From: Chiloscyllium plagiosum
Lineage: Eukaryota
NCBI RefSeq assembly: GCF_004010195.1
Contig: NC_057750.1
Span: forward strand, 8,914,191 to 8,978,190
Direction of reading: 5' to 3'
Length of the DNA: 64,000 nucleotides
A program made the position numbers and the translations under genes. Positions 12,601 to 24,761 of this stretch are shown one piece after another; position 1 is the stretch's first letter; each line of letters begins with the position of its first letter. The notes below the pieces were generated by a model. That model saw only the letters and a list, made by a program, of their open reading frames with translations, was not told the DNA's origin and ran no database searches.

Positions 12601-13364
12601 CCTTCCTATCTCCCCAATGTAGAGGACACCTTCTTATCGCCCCAATGTAGAGGAGACCTTCTTATCTCCCCAATGTAGAGGAGACCTCCCTGTCACCCCA
12701 ATGTAGAGAAGACCTCCCTGTCTCCTCAATGTAGAGGACACCTTCCTATCTCCCAAATGTAGAGGAGACCTTCCTATCTCCCCAATGTAGAGGAGACCTC
12801 CCTGTCACCCCAGTGTAGAAACCTTCTTATCTTCCCAATGTAGAGGAGACCTTCCTGTCTCCCCAGTGTAGAGGACACCTTCCTATCTCCCCAATGTAGA
12901 GGAGACCTTCCTATCTCCCCAATGTAGAGGAGACCTCCCTGTCTCCCCAATGTAGAGGAGACCTCCCTGTCACCCCAATGTAGAGGACACCTTCCTATCT
13001 CCCCAATGTAGAGGAGACTTCCTGTCACCCCAATGTAGAGGACACCTTCCTATCTTCCCAATGTAGAGGAGACATTCCTATCTCCCCAATGTAGAGGAGA
13101 CCTCGCTGTCTCCCCAATGTAGAGGAGACCTCCCTGTCTCCCCAATGTAGAGGACACCTTCCTATCTCCCCATTGTGGAGGAGACCTCCCTGTCTCCCCA
13201 ATGTAGAGGAGACCTCCCTGTCTCCCCAATGTAGAGACCTTCCTATCTCCCCAATGTAGAGGAGACCTCCCTGTCTCCCCAGTGTAGAGGAGACTTCCCT
13301 GCCTCCCCAATGTAGAGGTGACCTCCCTGTCTCCCCAATGTAGAGGAGACCTCCCTGTCTCCCC
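12580..13364. repeat. 28-bp minisatellite, about 28 copies (ctccccaatgtagaggagacctccctgt)
   Basis: Contiguous tandem units; 28-aa periodicity in minus-strand ORFs equals three units. Confidence 0.95.
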
Positions 13365-13579
13365 GAGATGAGTTGTGCCAAATGGTTTCAGTGCTGGAAA
13401 ATTCAAGGTAATTTTGTGACTTCCTCGGGCACCTGAGATGATGACTAATAGCACTTTCCTTTTGAAATGAGAAAAACAGCTTTTGCCAGACACTCATTGA
13501 TTGTAGACATGAGTCAGAGAGTTTTGGATTCAGTTGTCACGTCTGGAGATTTGAGCACATTCCCGGAGCGTGTTCTTCA

Positions 13580-13960
13580 TTGCCTGATTCCACTCCTGCC
13601 TTGACTGTTCTGCTGCCCAACTCTCTCGTTGCTACCTCTCCAATGGAACTATTCCAGCCGTCTCCGGTCTCCTTCCTACATTGCACCTTCAGTCAGCTTG
13701 AGATTTCCCAAAACATTGCACCAGTGTGCACCAAGCCAGGTTTCAACATCGCCCCTAAACGCATTGTCCTGCAAAGGCTTCCCATCCAGCGGTACCTCAA
13801 CATCAAAATCTTCATCCTTGCTATCAAATCCAAATGATAACCTGTCACTCCCAATATCCAGCTCCACATCCCTCTGCAATCATCTGATTCTAACCTCTTG
13901 AACGACTCCGATTTTAATAACACCACCTTTGGCTTTCATTTGTTCAGCTGCCCAAGGTCT
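13580..13960 (+). mobile_element. Old L2 LINE 3' fragment
   Basis: QLEISQNIAPVCTK...LQRLPIQRYLNIKIFILAIKS resembles the L2 ORF2 C-terminal LHWLP..RI.FKIL.L.FK motif. Confidence 0.6.
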
Positions 13961-14352
13961 ATAAAGCCCACACATTTTAAAGTAGCATTCTCCTGGGATA
14001 CAGGCATCACTGGCTGGGCCAGCATTTATTGCCCATCCCTAATTGCCCAGAGAATTGTTAAGAGTCATAGAGTCAAATGCACAGAAACAGACCCCTTGAT
14101 CCAATGAGTCCATGCTGGCCATAATCCCAAACTAAACCAGTCCCATTTGCCTGCTCCTGGCCCATATCCCTCTATCCCTTTCCTACTCATGTATCTGCCC
14201 AAATGTCTTTTATATGTTGCAACTGTACCTGCATCTACCACTTCCTGTGCCACACATGAACTACCCTCTGTGTGAAAAAGTTGCCCCCAGATCACTTTTA
14301 AATCTTTCCCCTCTCTTCTTAAAAATATTCCCCTAGTTTAGAATTCACCTAC

Positions 14353-14637
14353 AGGAGAATCGACGTTTCGGGCATAAGCCCTTCTTCAGGAATGAGGAAA
14401 GTTTGTCCAGCAGGCTAAGATAAAAGGTAGGGAGGAGGGACTTCATCCCTACCCCAAGTCCCTCCTCCCTACCTTTTATCTTAGCCTGCTGGACAAACTT
14501 TCCTCATTCCTGAAGAAGGGCTTATGCCCGAAACGTCAATTCTCCTGTTCCCTGGATGCTGCCTGACCTGCTGCGCTTTTCCAGCAACACATTTCCAGCT
14601 CTGATCTCCAGCATCTGCAGACCTCACTTTCTCCTCA
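14353..14637 (+). mobile_element. Short PLE insertion with inverted terminal copies and 14-bp TSD
   Basis: TSD tagaattcacctac at 14339-14352 and 14638-14651; inverted arms of about 90 bp. Confidence 0.85.
14506..14541 (+). ncRNA. Minimal type I hammerhead ribozyme motif (PLE)
   Basis: CTGAAGA-a-gggc-ttat-gccc-GAAACGTC. Confidence 0.6.
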
Positions 14638-15630
14638 TAGAATTCACCTACCCCAGGGAAAAGACCTTGGTTATCCACCCTATCCATGCCTCTCTTGATT
14701 TCATCGTGGGATCCTGCTCTGCACATCCAGCCTTTCCACCCTTCCCTTAAAAGATGCAGAGAGGTCGCAGGGGAAATTGGGGTCCAGGCAGCCAGAGGCA
14801 AGGGCTGCTGATGAGGAAGCATTGGACATGTATAGGGGGTATGAAATATGAAGGAGCGGGGAGCAGAAATCTTGGAGGATGAGCAAGCCTGAGGAAGTGA
14901 CAGAAATTGGTGGGTTGGAGGGGAGTGAGGGAAGACAGGAGAAATCCAGCCAGGTTGGAGGGGTGGGGCAGAAATTTGAGCGGACGTGTGTGTACGAGGA
15001 GCAACCTCTCAGATAAGATGAACAAATAAAATGTGTAGAGTTGCCCTCCAACTGCTCTTTTGTGTCTGTGATTGAGATTCACTTATTCCTGTGCGTGCTT
15101 GTTTGAACCCAATCCCTCCTTGAAGATAATGGGAGGTTTGTCACCTGGGACCCTCAAGGCAGGGGTTTTATTTAAGACCCTTTCTTTATCAGAGAGTGTG
15201 CAATGATTGAGAAGCTACTCATTATCGCTCACCGCATCCTGTTTGAACATAAACAGGCTTCTCCTGGGGCCACAATTGTTTTCCTCTCCATCACAAGCTA
15301 GCTGTGATTACAAGCCAGAGTAATTAAACGGAGAACACACCAGAGATCAGAGGTGAGGGGGGCCCCCCTCTTGACATCATTGTGCAGAGGCTGAATGAAG
15401 TGTTAACATGGGAGGGGGAGAGGAATCCTTACAGCTTCCAGTGTTAAATTACTGGGGAGGATGTGGTGAAAACTGACATTGTGTCGGATGGGGGCCTAAT
15501 TAAAGGCCGTAAACCAGTACTCATTGCGAATTTATAGAGATCCCGATGTCGGCTACGTTCGGTGTTCCCAGTTCATTTGATGGAGGATTGAGAGTGACAT
15601 CCCCTCCACTCCCAACTCCCCCCACCAAGA

Positions 15631-15837
15631 TTAGAGTGGTGCTGGAAAAGCACAGCAGGTCAGGCAGCATCCGAGGAGCAGGAAAATTGATGTTCATGCA
15701 AAAACCCTTCATCAGGATTGAAGGGCTTTTGCCCAAAACGTTGATTTTCCTGCTCCTCGGATGCTGCCTGACCTGCTGTGCTTTTCCAGCACCACTCTAA
15801 TCTTGACTCTGATCTCTAGCATCTGCAGTCCTCACTT
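15631..15837 (+). mobile_element. Short PLE insertion with inverted terminal copies and 14-bp TSD
   Basis: TSD tccccccaccaaga at 15617-15630 and 15838-15851. Confidence 0.85.
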
Positions 15838-16039
15838 TCCCCCCACCAAGACCTGTTAGTCATACAGCATGGAAACAGGCCCTACGGCCCAATCTTTTCC
15901 ATGCCAACAGCTTTCCTAGACTGAACAAGTCCCATTTGCCAGCATTTGGTCCATATCCCTTTAAACTCTTCTTATCTATGTACCTGTCCAAATGCCTTTT
16001 AAATATTGTAATAGTATCCGCCTCCAACACTTCCTCTGG

Positions 16040-16442
16040 CAGTCCCCTGGGCCTGATGGCATTTATCCTAGGATTCTCTGGGAAGCAAGGGAGAAGATTG
16101 CAGAGCCATTGGCCTTGATTTTTATGTCCTCGTTGTCTACAGGAATAGTGCCAGAAGACTGGAGGATAGCAAATGTGGTTCCCTTGTTCAAGAAGGGGAG
16201 TAGGGATAACCTTAGTAACTATAGGCCGGTGAGTCTCACTTCTGTTGCGGGCAAAATCTTAGAGAGAATTGTAAGGGATAGGATTTATGAACATCTGGAT
16301 AGAAATCATGTGATCAAGGATAGTCAGCATGGTTTTGTGAAGGGCAGGTCGTGCCTCACAATTATTGAATTCTTTGAGAAGGTGACTAAGGAGGTAGACG
16401 AGGGTAAAGTGGTAGATGTGGTGTATATGGATTTTAGTAAGG
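16040..16442 (+). mobile_element. CR1 LINE ORF2 reverse transcriptase fragment (runs into assembly gap)
   Basis: SPGPDGIYPRILWE...PEDWRIANVVPLFKKG...NYRPVSLTS...QHGFVKGRSCLT...VDVVYMDFSK. Confidence 0.92.
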
Positions 16443-16897
16443 NNNNNNNNNNNNNNNNNNNNNNNNNNNNNNNNNNNNNNNNNNNNNNNNNNNNNNNNNN
16501 NNNNNNNNNNNNNNNNNNNNNNNNNNNNNNNNNNNNNNNNNNNNNNNNNNNNNNNNNNNNNNNNNNNNNNNNNNNNNNNNNNNNNNNNNNNNNNNNNNNN
16601 NNNNNNNNNNNNNNNNNNNNNNNNNNNNNNNNNNNNNNNNNNNNNNNNNNNNNNNNNNNNNNNNNNNNNNNNNNNNNNNNNNNNNNNNNNNNNNNNNNNN
16701 NNNNNNNNNNNNNNNNNNNNNNNNNNNNNNNNNNNNNNNNNNNNNNNNNNNNNNNNNNNNNNNNNNNNNNNNNNNNNNNNNNNNNNNNNNNNNNNNNNNN
16801 NNNNNNNNNNNNNNNNNNNNNNNNNNNNNNNNNNNNNNNNNNNNNNNNNNNNNNNNNNNNNNNNNNNNNNNNNNNNNNNNNNNNNNNNNNNNNNNNN

Positions 16898-17048
16898 TGG
16901 ATGAGTGCCATGCCTCTAGGAATTCCCTGGCTGTTCTCTGTTTGGTTTGTCCTATAATAGTAGTGTTGTCCCAGTCGAATTCACGTTGCTTGTCATCTGT
17001 GTGTGTGGCTACTAAGGATAGCTGGTCGTGTCGTTTCGTGGCTAGTTT
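16898..17048 (-). mobile_element. PLE GIY-YIG C-terminal fragment (second family)
   Basis: Minus strand LATKRHDQLSLVATHTDDKQREFDWDNTTIIGQTKQRTAREFLEAWHSS. Confidence 0.75.
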
Positions 17049-17054
17049 CGTGGC

Positions 17055-17345
17055 GTGTTTCCACGTATGGAGTCAGCTATTACGAGGGGGCATAGCTTTA
17101 AATTAGGGGGTGGTAGGTATAGGACAGATGTTAGGGGTAGGTTCTTTACTCAGCGAGTCGTGAGTTCATGGAATGCCCTGCCAGTAGCAGTGGTGGACTC
17201 TCCCTCTTTATGGGCATTTAAACAGGCATTGGATAGGCATATGGAGGATAGTGGGCTAGTGTAGGTTAGGTGGGCTTGGATCGGCGCAACATCGAGGGCT
17301 AAAGGGCCCGTACTGCGCTGTATTTTTCATGTTCTATGTTCTATG
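17055..17345 (+). mobile_element. CR1 LINE 3' end
   Basis: TRGHSFKLGGGRYRTDVRGRFFTQRVVSSWNALP; (ttctatg)n tail. Confidence 0.88.
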
Positions 17346-18057
17346 ACCACAAATCCGTTGTCAAACTCATCTGGTTCACTGATGTTCTTTAGGGAAGGAA
17401 ACTGCCATCCTTACCTGGTCTGGCCTACATGTGACTCCAGACCCACACCAATGTGGTTGACTCTCAATTGCCCTCTGGGCAATTAGGGATGAACAACGAA
17501 TGCTGGCCTAGCCAATGATGCCCTCATTTTGTGAATGAATAAACAAAAACCCAACGCTCTGTGTGAAAACGTTACCCCTCGGGTCCCTTTTAAAGGTTTC
17601 CCCTCTCACATTAAGCCAATGCCCTCTCATTTTGCACTCCTCTACCCTGGGGAGTTAGACTACCCTCTGGGTAATTAGGGATGGACAATAAATGCTGGCT
17701 GAGCCAGCGACACCCTCATCCTGTGAATGAATATAAAAGAATTGAGGGGCGATGGTAACGTGAGCCAGTGGGGGAATTGAACATGCATTGTTGACGTCAC
17801 TCGATAGGGCAAACCAACCGATGAAGCTAATGTAGGCAACGTGTTACAAGAAGAAAATGAGGCGGAGGGGCAGCTATGTTTTGGGAAGAGAATTCCAGAG
17901 GTTGGGCTGGTTATGGGGCCATTAAAACCAGGGATACTCCAGAGATGAGATTTGGAGGGGTGCAGGTAACTTTGAGGTTCTTGTGGGTTGGAGGAGGTTC
18001 CAGACAGAAGGAGGACTGAGGCGATGGCGGATTTGTAATTAAAGTTGAGAACAAGAT

Positions 18058-19572
18058 GTGGGAATCAGATAGCTTCCCAGTCAGAGCTGGAGTCAGGCAG
18101 GGCTGCCCTCTCTCTCCTGCCTTGTTTGTGTGCCATTTGCCGAGTCCATCAGAAAGGATGCGAGCCTGAGAGGGGTGACTATTCCTGGCAGCGGGGGCCT
18201 GCAGGTTAAGGCCTCCCTGTACATGGATGACGTCGCCGTTTTCTGCTCGGATCCGCTGTCCGTGCACAGACTCATGTGCATATGTGACCAGTTCGAACGG
18301 GCCTCGGGGGCCAAGGTAAACCGAGGCAAGAGCGAGACCATGCTCTTCGGGAACTGGGCCGACCAATCCTCGATCCCCTTCACCGTCAGGACNNNNNNNN
18401 NNNNNNNNNNNNNNNNNNNNNNNNNNNNNNNNNNNNNNNNNNNNNNNNNNNNNNNNNNNNNNNNNNNNNNNNNNNNNNNNNNNNNNNNNNNNNNNNNNNN
18501 NNNNNNNNNNNNNNNNNNNNNNNNNNNNNNNNNNNNNNNNNNNNNNNNNNNNNNNNNNNNNNNNNNNNNNNNNNNNNNNNNNNNNNNNNNNNNNNNNNNN
18601 NNNNNNNNNNNNNNNNNNNNNNNNNNNNNNNNNNNNNNNNNNNNNNNNNNNNNNNNNNNNNNNNNNNNNNNNNNNNNNNNNNNNNNNNNNNNNNNNNNNN
18701 NNNNNNNNNNNNNNNNNNNNNNNNNNNNNNNNNNNNNNNNNNNNNNNNNNNNNNNNNNNNNNNNNNNNNNNNNNNNNNNNNNNNNNNNNNNNNNNNNNNN
18801 NNNNNNNNNNNNNNNNNNNNNNNNNNNNNNNNNNNNNNNNNNNNNNNNNNNNNNNNNNNNNNNNNNNNNNNNNNNNNNNNNNNNNNNNNNNNNNNNNNNN
18901 NNNNNNNNNNNNNNNNNNNNNNNNNNNNNNNNNNNNNNCCCGGACTCTCAGCCGCACCGCACACTGCCCTCGAAGTGGCTGCGAGGGGGTCGAGACTGTC
19001 ACACACCTCCTTCTGGAATGTGCCTATGCAGAGGAAGTCTGGAGAGGAATGCAGTGGTGTTTGTCGAGGTTCGTCCCGAGCAGCGCCGTGACGCGGGACT
19101 CCGTGCTCTACGGCCTGTTCCCCGGGATGCACACCGAGACGAATATCAACTGTGCCTGGAGGATCATCAACTGGGTGAAGGACACTCTCTGGGCGGTCCG
19201 AAACCTGTTGATTTTCCGGCTGAAGGAGTTGACCCCGACTGAGTGTTGCAGACTGGCACATTCCAAGGTCCAGGACTACGTGTTGAGGGATGCACTGAAG
19301 CTTGGGGCAGCAGCCGCCAAGGCGTGGTGGGGAAAGACCACTGTGTAACGTCTGCCTGCCTAACGAAGAACAGGGGGCCCATGCAGTCATTTGGGCTCTG
19401 CTGACGCCTCAGCAGAAAAGCTGGATAGTCAATGTACAGACTTGTATATAGGAAAAATAAATTTCGATGTATGTATGTAATGAAATGTAATGTGTGGACA
19501 AGAATGTCATGACCAACTGTATAGAGATCCAAATAATTTTATGAATAAAATATATTTTTAAAATAAAAAAAA
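18058..19572 (+). mobile_element. L1-clade Tx1-like LINE, 5'-truncated (RT, C-terminal zinc knuckle, poly-A)
   Basis: GVRQGCPLSPALF, SLYMDDVAVF, ASGAKVNRGKS, ETVTHLLLECAYAEEVW; aataaa and an A-rich end; frameshift near 18130; gap 18393-18938. Confidence 0.88.
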
Positions 19573-20424
19573 CTGAGCAGTACTTCATCAAGAGCCAATG
19601 AACCTCAGTGAGCATCAAGGGGGTAAATTATTGGGACATAGGGCAAGTTAGGAAACAAAATAAATCAATAGACAATAGACAATAGGTGCAGGAGTAGGCC
19701 ATTCAGCCCTTTGAGCCTGCACCGTCATTCAATATGATCATGGCTGATCATTCCTAGTCAAGAGGGGGATGAGAACTTGAGATGTGACAATATGGAACAT
19801 GTTGAAAGGGCAGTGGGGTAATGATTTTTCAAAGGGATTGGGATAAACATTTGAAAAGTTGAAGACCTGCCAGTCAAAGAGGGAAGAGAGAGCAATTGGA
19901 TAGCTTGATGGGACAGTATAGGGATGATGAGTCAAACAGCCTCTTTCTGTCATGCTGATGATGACTTGCCTCAACTGAGCTGGTTATTGGAGAGTGGGAA
20001 ATACCCCTCCCCCGTTCTGCCAGTCACCTCCCTCCCACCATCTCTCTCCCTCCCTCTCTCTTTCTCTCTCTCTGTCTCCCTCTCTCCCCAACTTTCTCTC
20101 TCTCTCGCGGACACACACACAGATGTGGCATATCCTGAACCTGACAGGTTTCAGGTCCGTGGGCCCTGCCTTCCTTCCATTGGCTGGAATCGGACTCCAG
20201 TAAACTTTCCCACAGGACTCAGTGACAGTCAAGTTCGCCAGTGGCCCTGTGTGAAATGTCTCTGTGGTATGTGAGGTGCAGGAACCGTGAAGTGTTAATA
20301 ATGAAAGAGAAACAGGATATCAGGAAGTGGGAGGGAATCACTTCAAGCAAGATAAATCCCACTCTCTTCAGTGGAAAACCGCAAGGAAGTTGGTTCCAGT
20401 CCAGTGAGAGCATTATCACTCAAT

Positions 20425-20990
20425 TCTTAGAATCCTGACAGTGCAGATAGAGGCCATTTGGCCCATTGAGTCTACACCAACCCTCCAAAGAGCATCGCAC
20501 TCAGAGCCACCCCTGTACCTTATCTCTGTAACCCTGCATTTCCAATGGCTAATCCACCTATCCACATGTGTGTACACTATGGGGCAACAACATGGGCAGT
20601 CCACCTGGACCTGCTCATCTTTGGATTGTGGGAGGAAACCCACGCAGACATGTACCATCAGACTCAAGGACAGCTTCTTCTCCGCTGTTATCAGACTTCT
20701 GAATGGACCTCTCAACGTTTTAAATTTAATGTTGATCTCACTCTCTGCAGCCTCTCTGCAGCCGTAACATTGTATTCCTCACTCTGTTCTATTACCCTAA
20801 TGCAATTTGTTTGGTATGAACTACCTGCATTGCACACTAAACAAAACTTTTCACTGTACTCAGGTGCGTGGGACAAGAATAAATCAAATTAAAGAACATG
20901 CAAACTCCACACAGACAGTTGCCTGAGGCTGGAATCAAACCTGGGTGCCCAGTGTTGTGAGGTAGCAGTGCTAACCACTGACATACCATG
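20425..20990 (-). mobile_element. HE1 V-SINE interrupted by a Rex1/Babar 3' end (20655-20890, plus)
   Basis: HE1 halves flank TIRLKDSFFSAVIRLLNG and an aataaatcaaat tail. Confidence 0.8.
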
Positions 20991-21112
20991 CTGCCCTATG
21001 GTTCCAGGATGGACAGCAAATGCTAGCCTTATCAGAAATGGCCGTGCAAGAATTAACTATATTAACTGGGATGCTCAAAATTGTTTGCAATCTTTATGGT
21101 GCTTCCTCTCTT

Positions 21113-21425
21113 GGCTGCATGGTGGCTCAGTGGTTAGCACTGCTGCCTCACAATGCCAAGGACCCAGGTTCGATTCCAGCCTTGGGCGATTGTCCGTGTA
21201 GAGTTTGCATGCTCTCCCCGGTCTGTGTGGGTTTCCTCCGGGTGCTCCAGTTTCCTCCCACAGTCCAAAGATATGAAGGTTAGGGTGGATTGGCCAGGCT
21301 AAATTGCCCCATGGTGTGCATTAGTTAGGGATAAGTAGGGGGAATGGGTCTGGGTGGGTTAATCTTCAGAGGGTCGGTGTGGACTTGTGTCAAAGGGCCT
21401 GTTTCCGGACTGTAGGGATTCTGTG
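21113..21425 (+). mobile_element. HE1 V-SINE
   Basis: A/B boxes, V-domain, tail. Confidence 0.85.
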
Positions 21426-21744
21426 TTTCTCTAGTGGGATATTCCAGTGAGTCAGTGGGGGTTTTGCTTTTATTTTCCCAGGAGACGGTCAGGATGCCCT
21501 TGAAATGTTTCCCAGTAACCACTGGTCCTTACAGAGCTCTGAATCGGGAGCTCGCTTTGGGTAGTCTTGCCTCGGATAAAGTGGCCCACACAGTGGAGTC
21601 AGCATAATCCAAGCCTCAATACTGGGGACATTGGCCAGATAGAGAGTGGACAAGATGGGATTCACTGTCCTTTCCATCCAATTGTGAGGGAAATGAACAA
21701 ACGCTTACATTTCTCTAGCACCTATAGTCTCCAATACAGTAATT

Positions 21745-22085
21745 GAGATGTGTAGCACGGAAACAGACTCTTTGGTCCAACTGATTTATGCCAACCAGAT
21801 ATTAATCCAGTTCCATTTTCCAGCACTTGGCCCATATCTCTCTAAACCCTTCCTATTCACATACCCATCCAGATGCCTTTTAAATGTTGCAATTGTACCC
21901 AGCTCCACCATTTCCTCTGGCAGTACGTTCAATACAAGTACCACCCTCTGTATGAAAAGGTTACCCTTTAGATTCCCTTTAAATCTTTCCCCTTTCACCT
22001 TAAACCTTTGCTCTCTAGTTCTGGATTCCCCTACCCCGGGGAAAAGACGTTGACTATTCACCCTATCCATGCCCCTCATGAATTT
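21745..22085 (-). mobile_element. CR1 LINE 3' fragment
   Basis: MRGMDRVNSQRLFPGVGESRTR...FKRHLDGYVNRKG. Confidence 0.85.
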
Positions 22086-22762
22086 ATGTGGGCTCAGTTC
22101 CTGCGTTAACTGAGGTTACCATGAAGGATTCACTTTAACTCTCTCCCGACCCCTCAACTCCCTCCCTGACAGAACTGAGGGTATCCTTACACCCCATTAA
22201 CTGCAACAGCTTACTCCCAGATTGTAAAGGGGCAATTGGGAATGGGCTTCGCCCACAACACACACATCTTGTGCATTGCAAGTATTCTTCAAAGAGAACA
22301 TTGCCAATCTGTGACATCACTCCGTCTGCTTTGGATTGATAATTCCAGGCTCACCAAAACATAATTAATCTCAGATTGTACGAGATTCGTTGAGCATCTG
22401 CTGCTTTGGTGAGCTTGAGTTTTCAGATGTTTGCTATGTAGTGCGTGTGAGGCAATATCTCCCCTGAAAAGCCTTGCCTTGATTTTTTTCATGTCGCACT
22501 GGGCTGTGCCCCTGCCTCTGGGTCTGGGTCCCGCTCCAGGATGTGGTGACCCAAGGAAAGTACGTTCATAACTGCAGCCCAAACAGGTCAAGGTTCAACT
22601 TGTAGACCCGTGCAACACACACCAGGAGTGGACGGTAAGATGCCAGGCCGGCGATGGGATGGAGAGAACACTGGAGACTCTACCATCATGAGCCATAACT
22701 CCAAAGTGCAGCATGCCTGCAAAAGGTACCCATTGCCACAGCACACCATCACCGTACGCCTT

Positions 22763-23046
22763 GGGATGGCACTGTGGCTCAGTGGTTAGCACCGCTGCCT
22801 CACAGCGCCAGTGACCCTGGTTCGATTCCAGCCTCGGTTGACTGTTTGTGTGGAATGTCTGCGTGGGTTTCCTCCCACAATCCAAAGGTGTGCAAGTTCG
22901 GGTGGATTGGCCATGCTAAATTGCCCCATAGTGTTAGGTGTTTAGTCAGAGGAAATGGGTCTGGGTGGGTTATCCTTTGGAGGGTCGGTGTGGACTTGTG
23001 GCCCAAAGGGCATGTTTCCACACTGTACGTGATCTAATCTAATCTA
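22763..23046 (+). mobile_element. HE1 V-SINE
   Basis: A/B boxes, V-domain with an internal deletion, (tctaa)n tail. Confidence 0.85.
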
Positions 23047-23474
23047 CATTGTGGCCTCTATCCCTGTGTCCATGTGCTCTGGTACCTAAATATCATGCAG
23101 TCTGTGCCAATTTGACCTGTATCCATGTTGACTGTACCAAAGGTGCAAATTGTAGTCTGCGGTACCCATGTTACCTGTATCCCAGCTCATGTGTGGTTTA
23201 AACTTCTCTGTCTGGGTCACCTGTACTCCAAAACCTATGTGGTTTGTAATCCCATACTTGTAACTTGTAACCCTGCACTGGTTTTGAAAACCCATATAGC
23301 TTGCAATCCTGTGGATGGATTGCCTGCACTCTGAAGCCTAAGTAGTTTGTACGAGCTTCACCTGTCTTGGGATGTGAATCTGGGCACATAGGTTCCCCTA
23401 TCCCAGTTAGGGGAGGAATCGGCTGTTCCAGGATCAGAGAGGGGGAAACCTGGGGGAAGGTGGGGGAGGATTTC

Positions 23475-24455
23475 ATAGAATCCCAGTGAATTGCAGGCCA
23501 TTCAGCCCATCGATTCCACATTGACCCTCCGATGAGCATACCACCCAGACCCAACCTTCCGTCCTCAAAGCCCTGCATCATTGCCACGGCTCATCCACCA
23601 AGCCTGCACATCCCCGAATACTATGGGCGATCGACCCCAACCTGCACATCTTTGATCTGTAGGAGGAAACCGGAGTACCCAGAGGAAACCCATGCAGACA
23701 CAGGGCGAATGTGCAAACTCCACACAGTCAGTCACCTGGGTCCCTGGCGCCGTGAGGCAGCAGTGTTAACCACTGAGCCACTGTGAAACCAGGGTTATGA
23801 ACCCTCTTTCTTCACTTAATTGTAGATTTTTAAAAAAGCTTCATTCACAGGATGAGGGCACCACTGGCCAGGCCGGCAGTTATTGACCATCCCTAATTGC
23901 CCAGAGGGCAGCTAAGAGTCAACTATATTGCTGTGGGTTTGGAGTCACATGTAGGCCAGACCAGGTAGGGATGGCAGATTTCCTTCCCTAAAGGATATGA
24001 GTGACCCAGGTGGGTTGTTCCCTGACAATTGGCAATGGATTCATGGCCATCATTAGACTCGTAATTCCTGACTTTGATTGAAGTCAAATGCCACCATCTG
24101 CAATGGCAGGATTTGAACTCTGGTCCCTGGAACATTATCGGGATCGCTGGATCAATATTTAGTGGGAATACCACTAGGTCATCGCCTCCCTCTGGGCTGA
24201 GGTTTCCCAAGTGGAATTCCATGGTTTTCTCCGGTTTCCTCCCCACAGGCCAAAGATGTGCAGATTGGGGTGGATTGGCCCATGCTGTGTTGCCCCACAG
24301 TCTGCAGGCTTGGTGGGTTAGCCATGGGAAGCGCAGGGTTGCAGGGAGGAAACCCACACAGACACGGGGAGAACGTGCAGACAGCCGTCCAAGGCTGGGA
24401 TCGTACCTGGGTCGCTGTTGCCGTGAGGCAGCAGTGCTAACCACCGAGCCACCGT
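23475..24455 (-). mobile_element. SINE cluster: HE1 (23475-23785), family B SINE (23825-24185), HE1 fragments (24220-24455)
   Basis: Matches to the patterns at 2683-3010 and 8565-8905. Confidence 0.8.
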
Positions 24456-24596
24456 GCTGTGTATGAGACGGTGCGAGTGTGGGCTGGTTTTCATTGTCAG
24501 GCAGCAGTTTCAATCTGTGGAGGGATCGAAGTGGTTAAAGCCGTGCCCAGTCACTGCAGCAACGAGGCCGAGTTGTCGCTGGACTGCTTTCATTGA

Positions 24597-24761
24597 TGAC
24601 CCCCCGTGAACTTTGGTGTCTCCTTTTACCCAGAGCCCCACCTCCCACCCCCCTTCAGAAGAGCATTACCTCATTGTTTAGGAGAAACACAGGGCAAAGG
24701 TCAAGAGCGGGAACAAGAGGAGTGGGCAGGAAGATGATCCCGGTGGGAACTGGGAATTCCT
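24597..24761. promoter_or_regulatory. Candidate enhancer: nuclear receptor DR4 and DR1, RBPJ and NF-kB motifs
   Basis: AGTTCA-n4-GGGTCA (minus, 24597-24612), AGGGCA-A-AGGTCA (24691-24703), GTGGGAA (24743-24749), GGGAATTCC (24752-24760); motif matches only. Confidence 0.35.

Larger units (their letters stand above)
14060..14700 (-). mobile_element. CR1 LINE 3' fragment interrupted by a PLE
   Basis: TYKRHLGRYMSRKGIEGYGP on the minus strand; resumes after 14651. Confidence 0.8.

Noticed and set aside
12580..13364. CRISPR-like array of about 28-bp repeats
   Set aside because: Units are contiguous with no unique spacers, there are no cas genes, the context is vertebrate, and the unit derives from a PLE.
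13676..13879. Acidic ORF (DSKDEDFDVEV) that looks protein-like
   Set aside because: It is the antisense reading of an old L2 fragment.
23050..23400. Degenerate ctgta-rich periodic stretch
   Set aside because: No consistent unit could be defined; most likely a decayed minisatellite.
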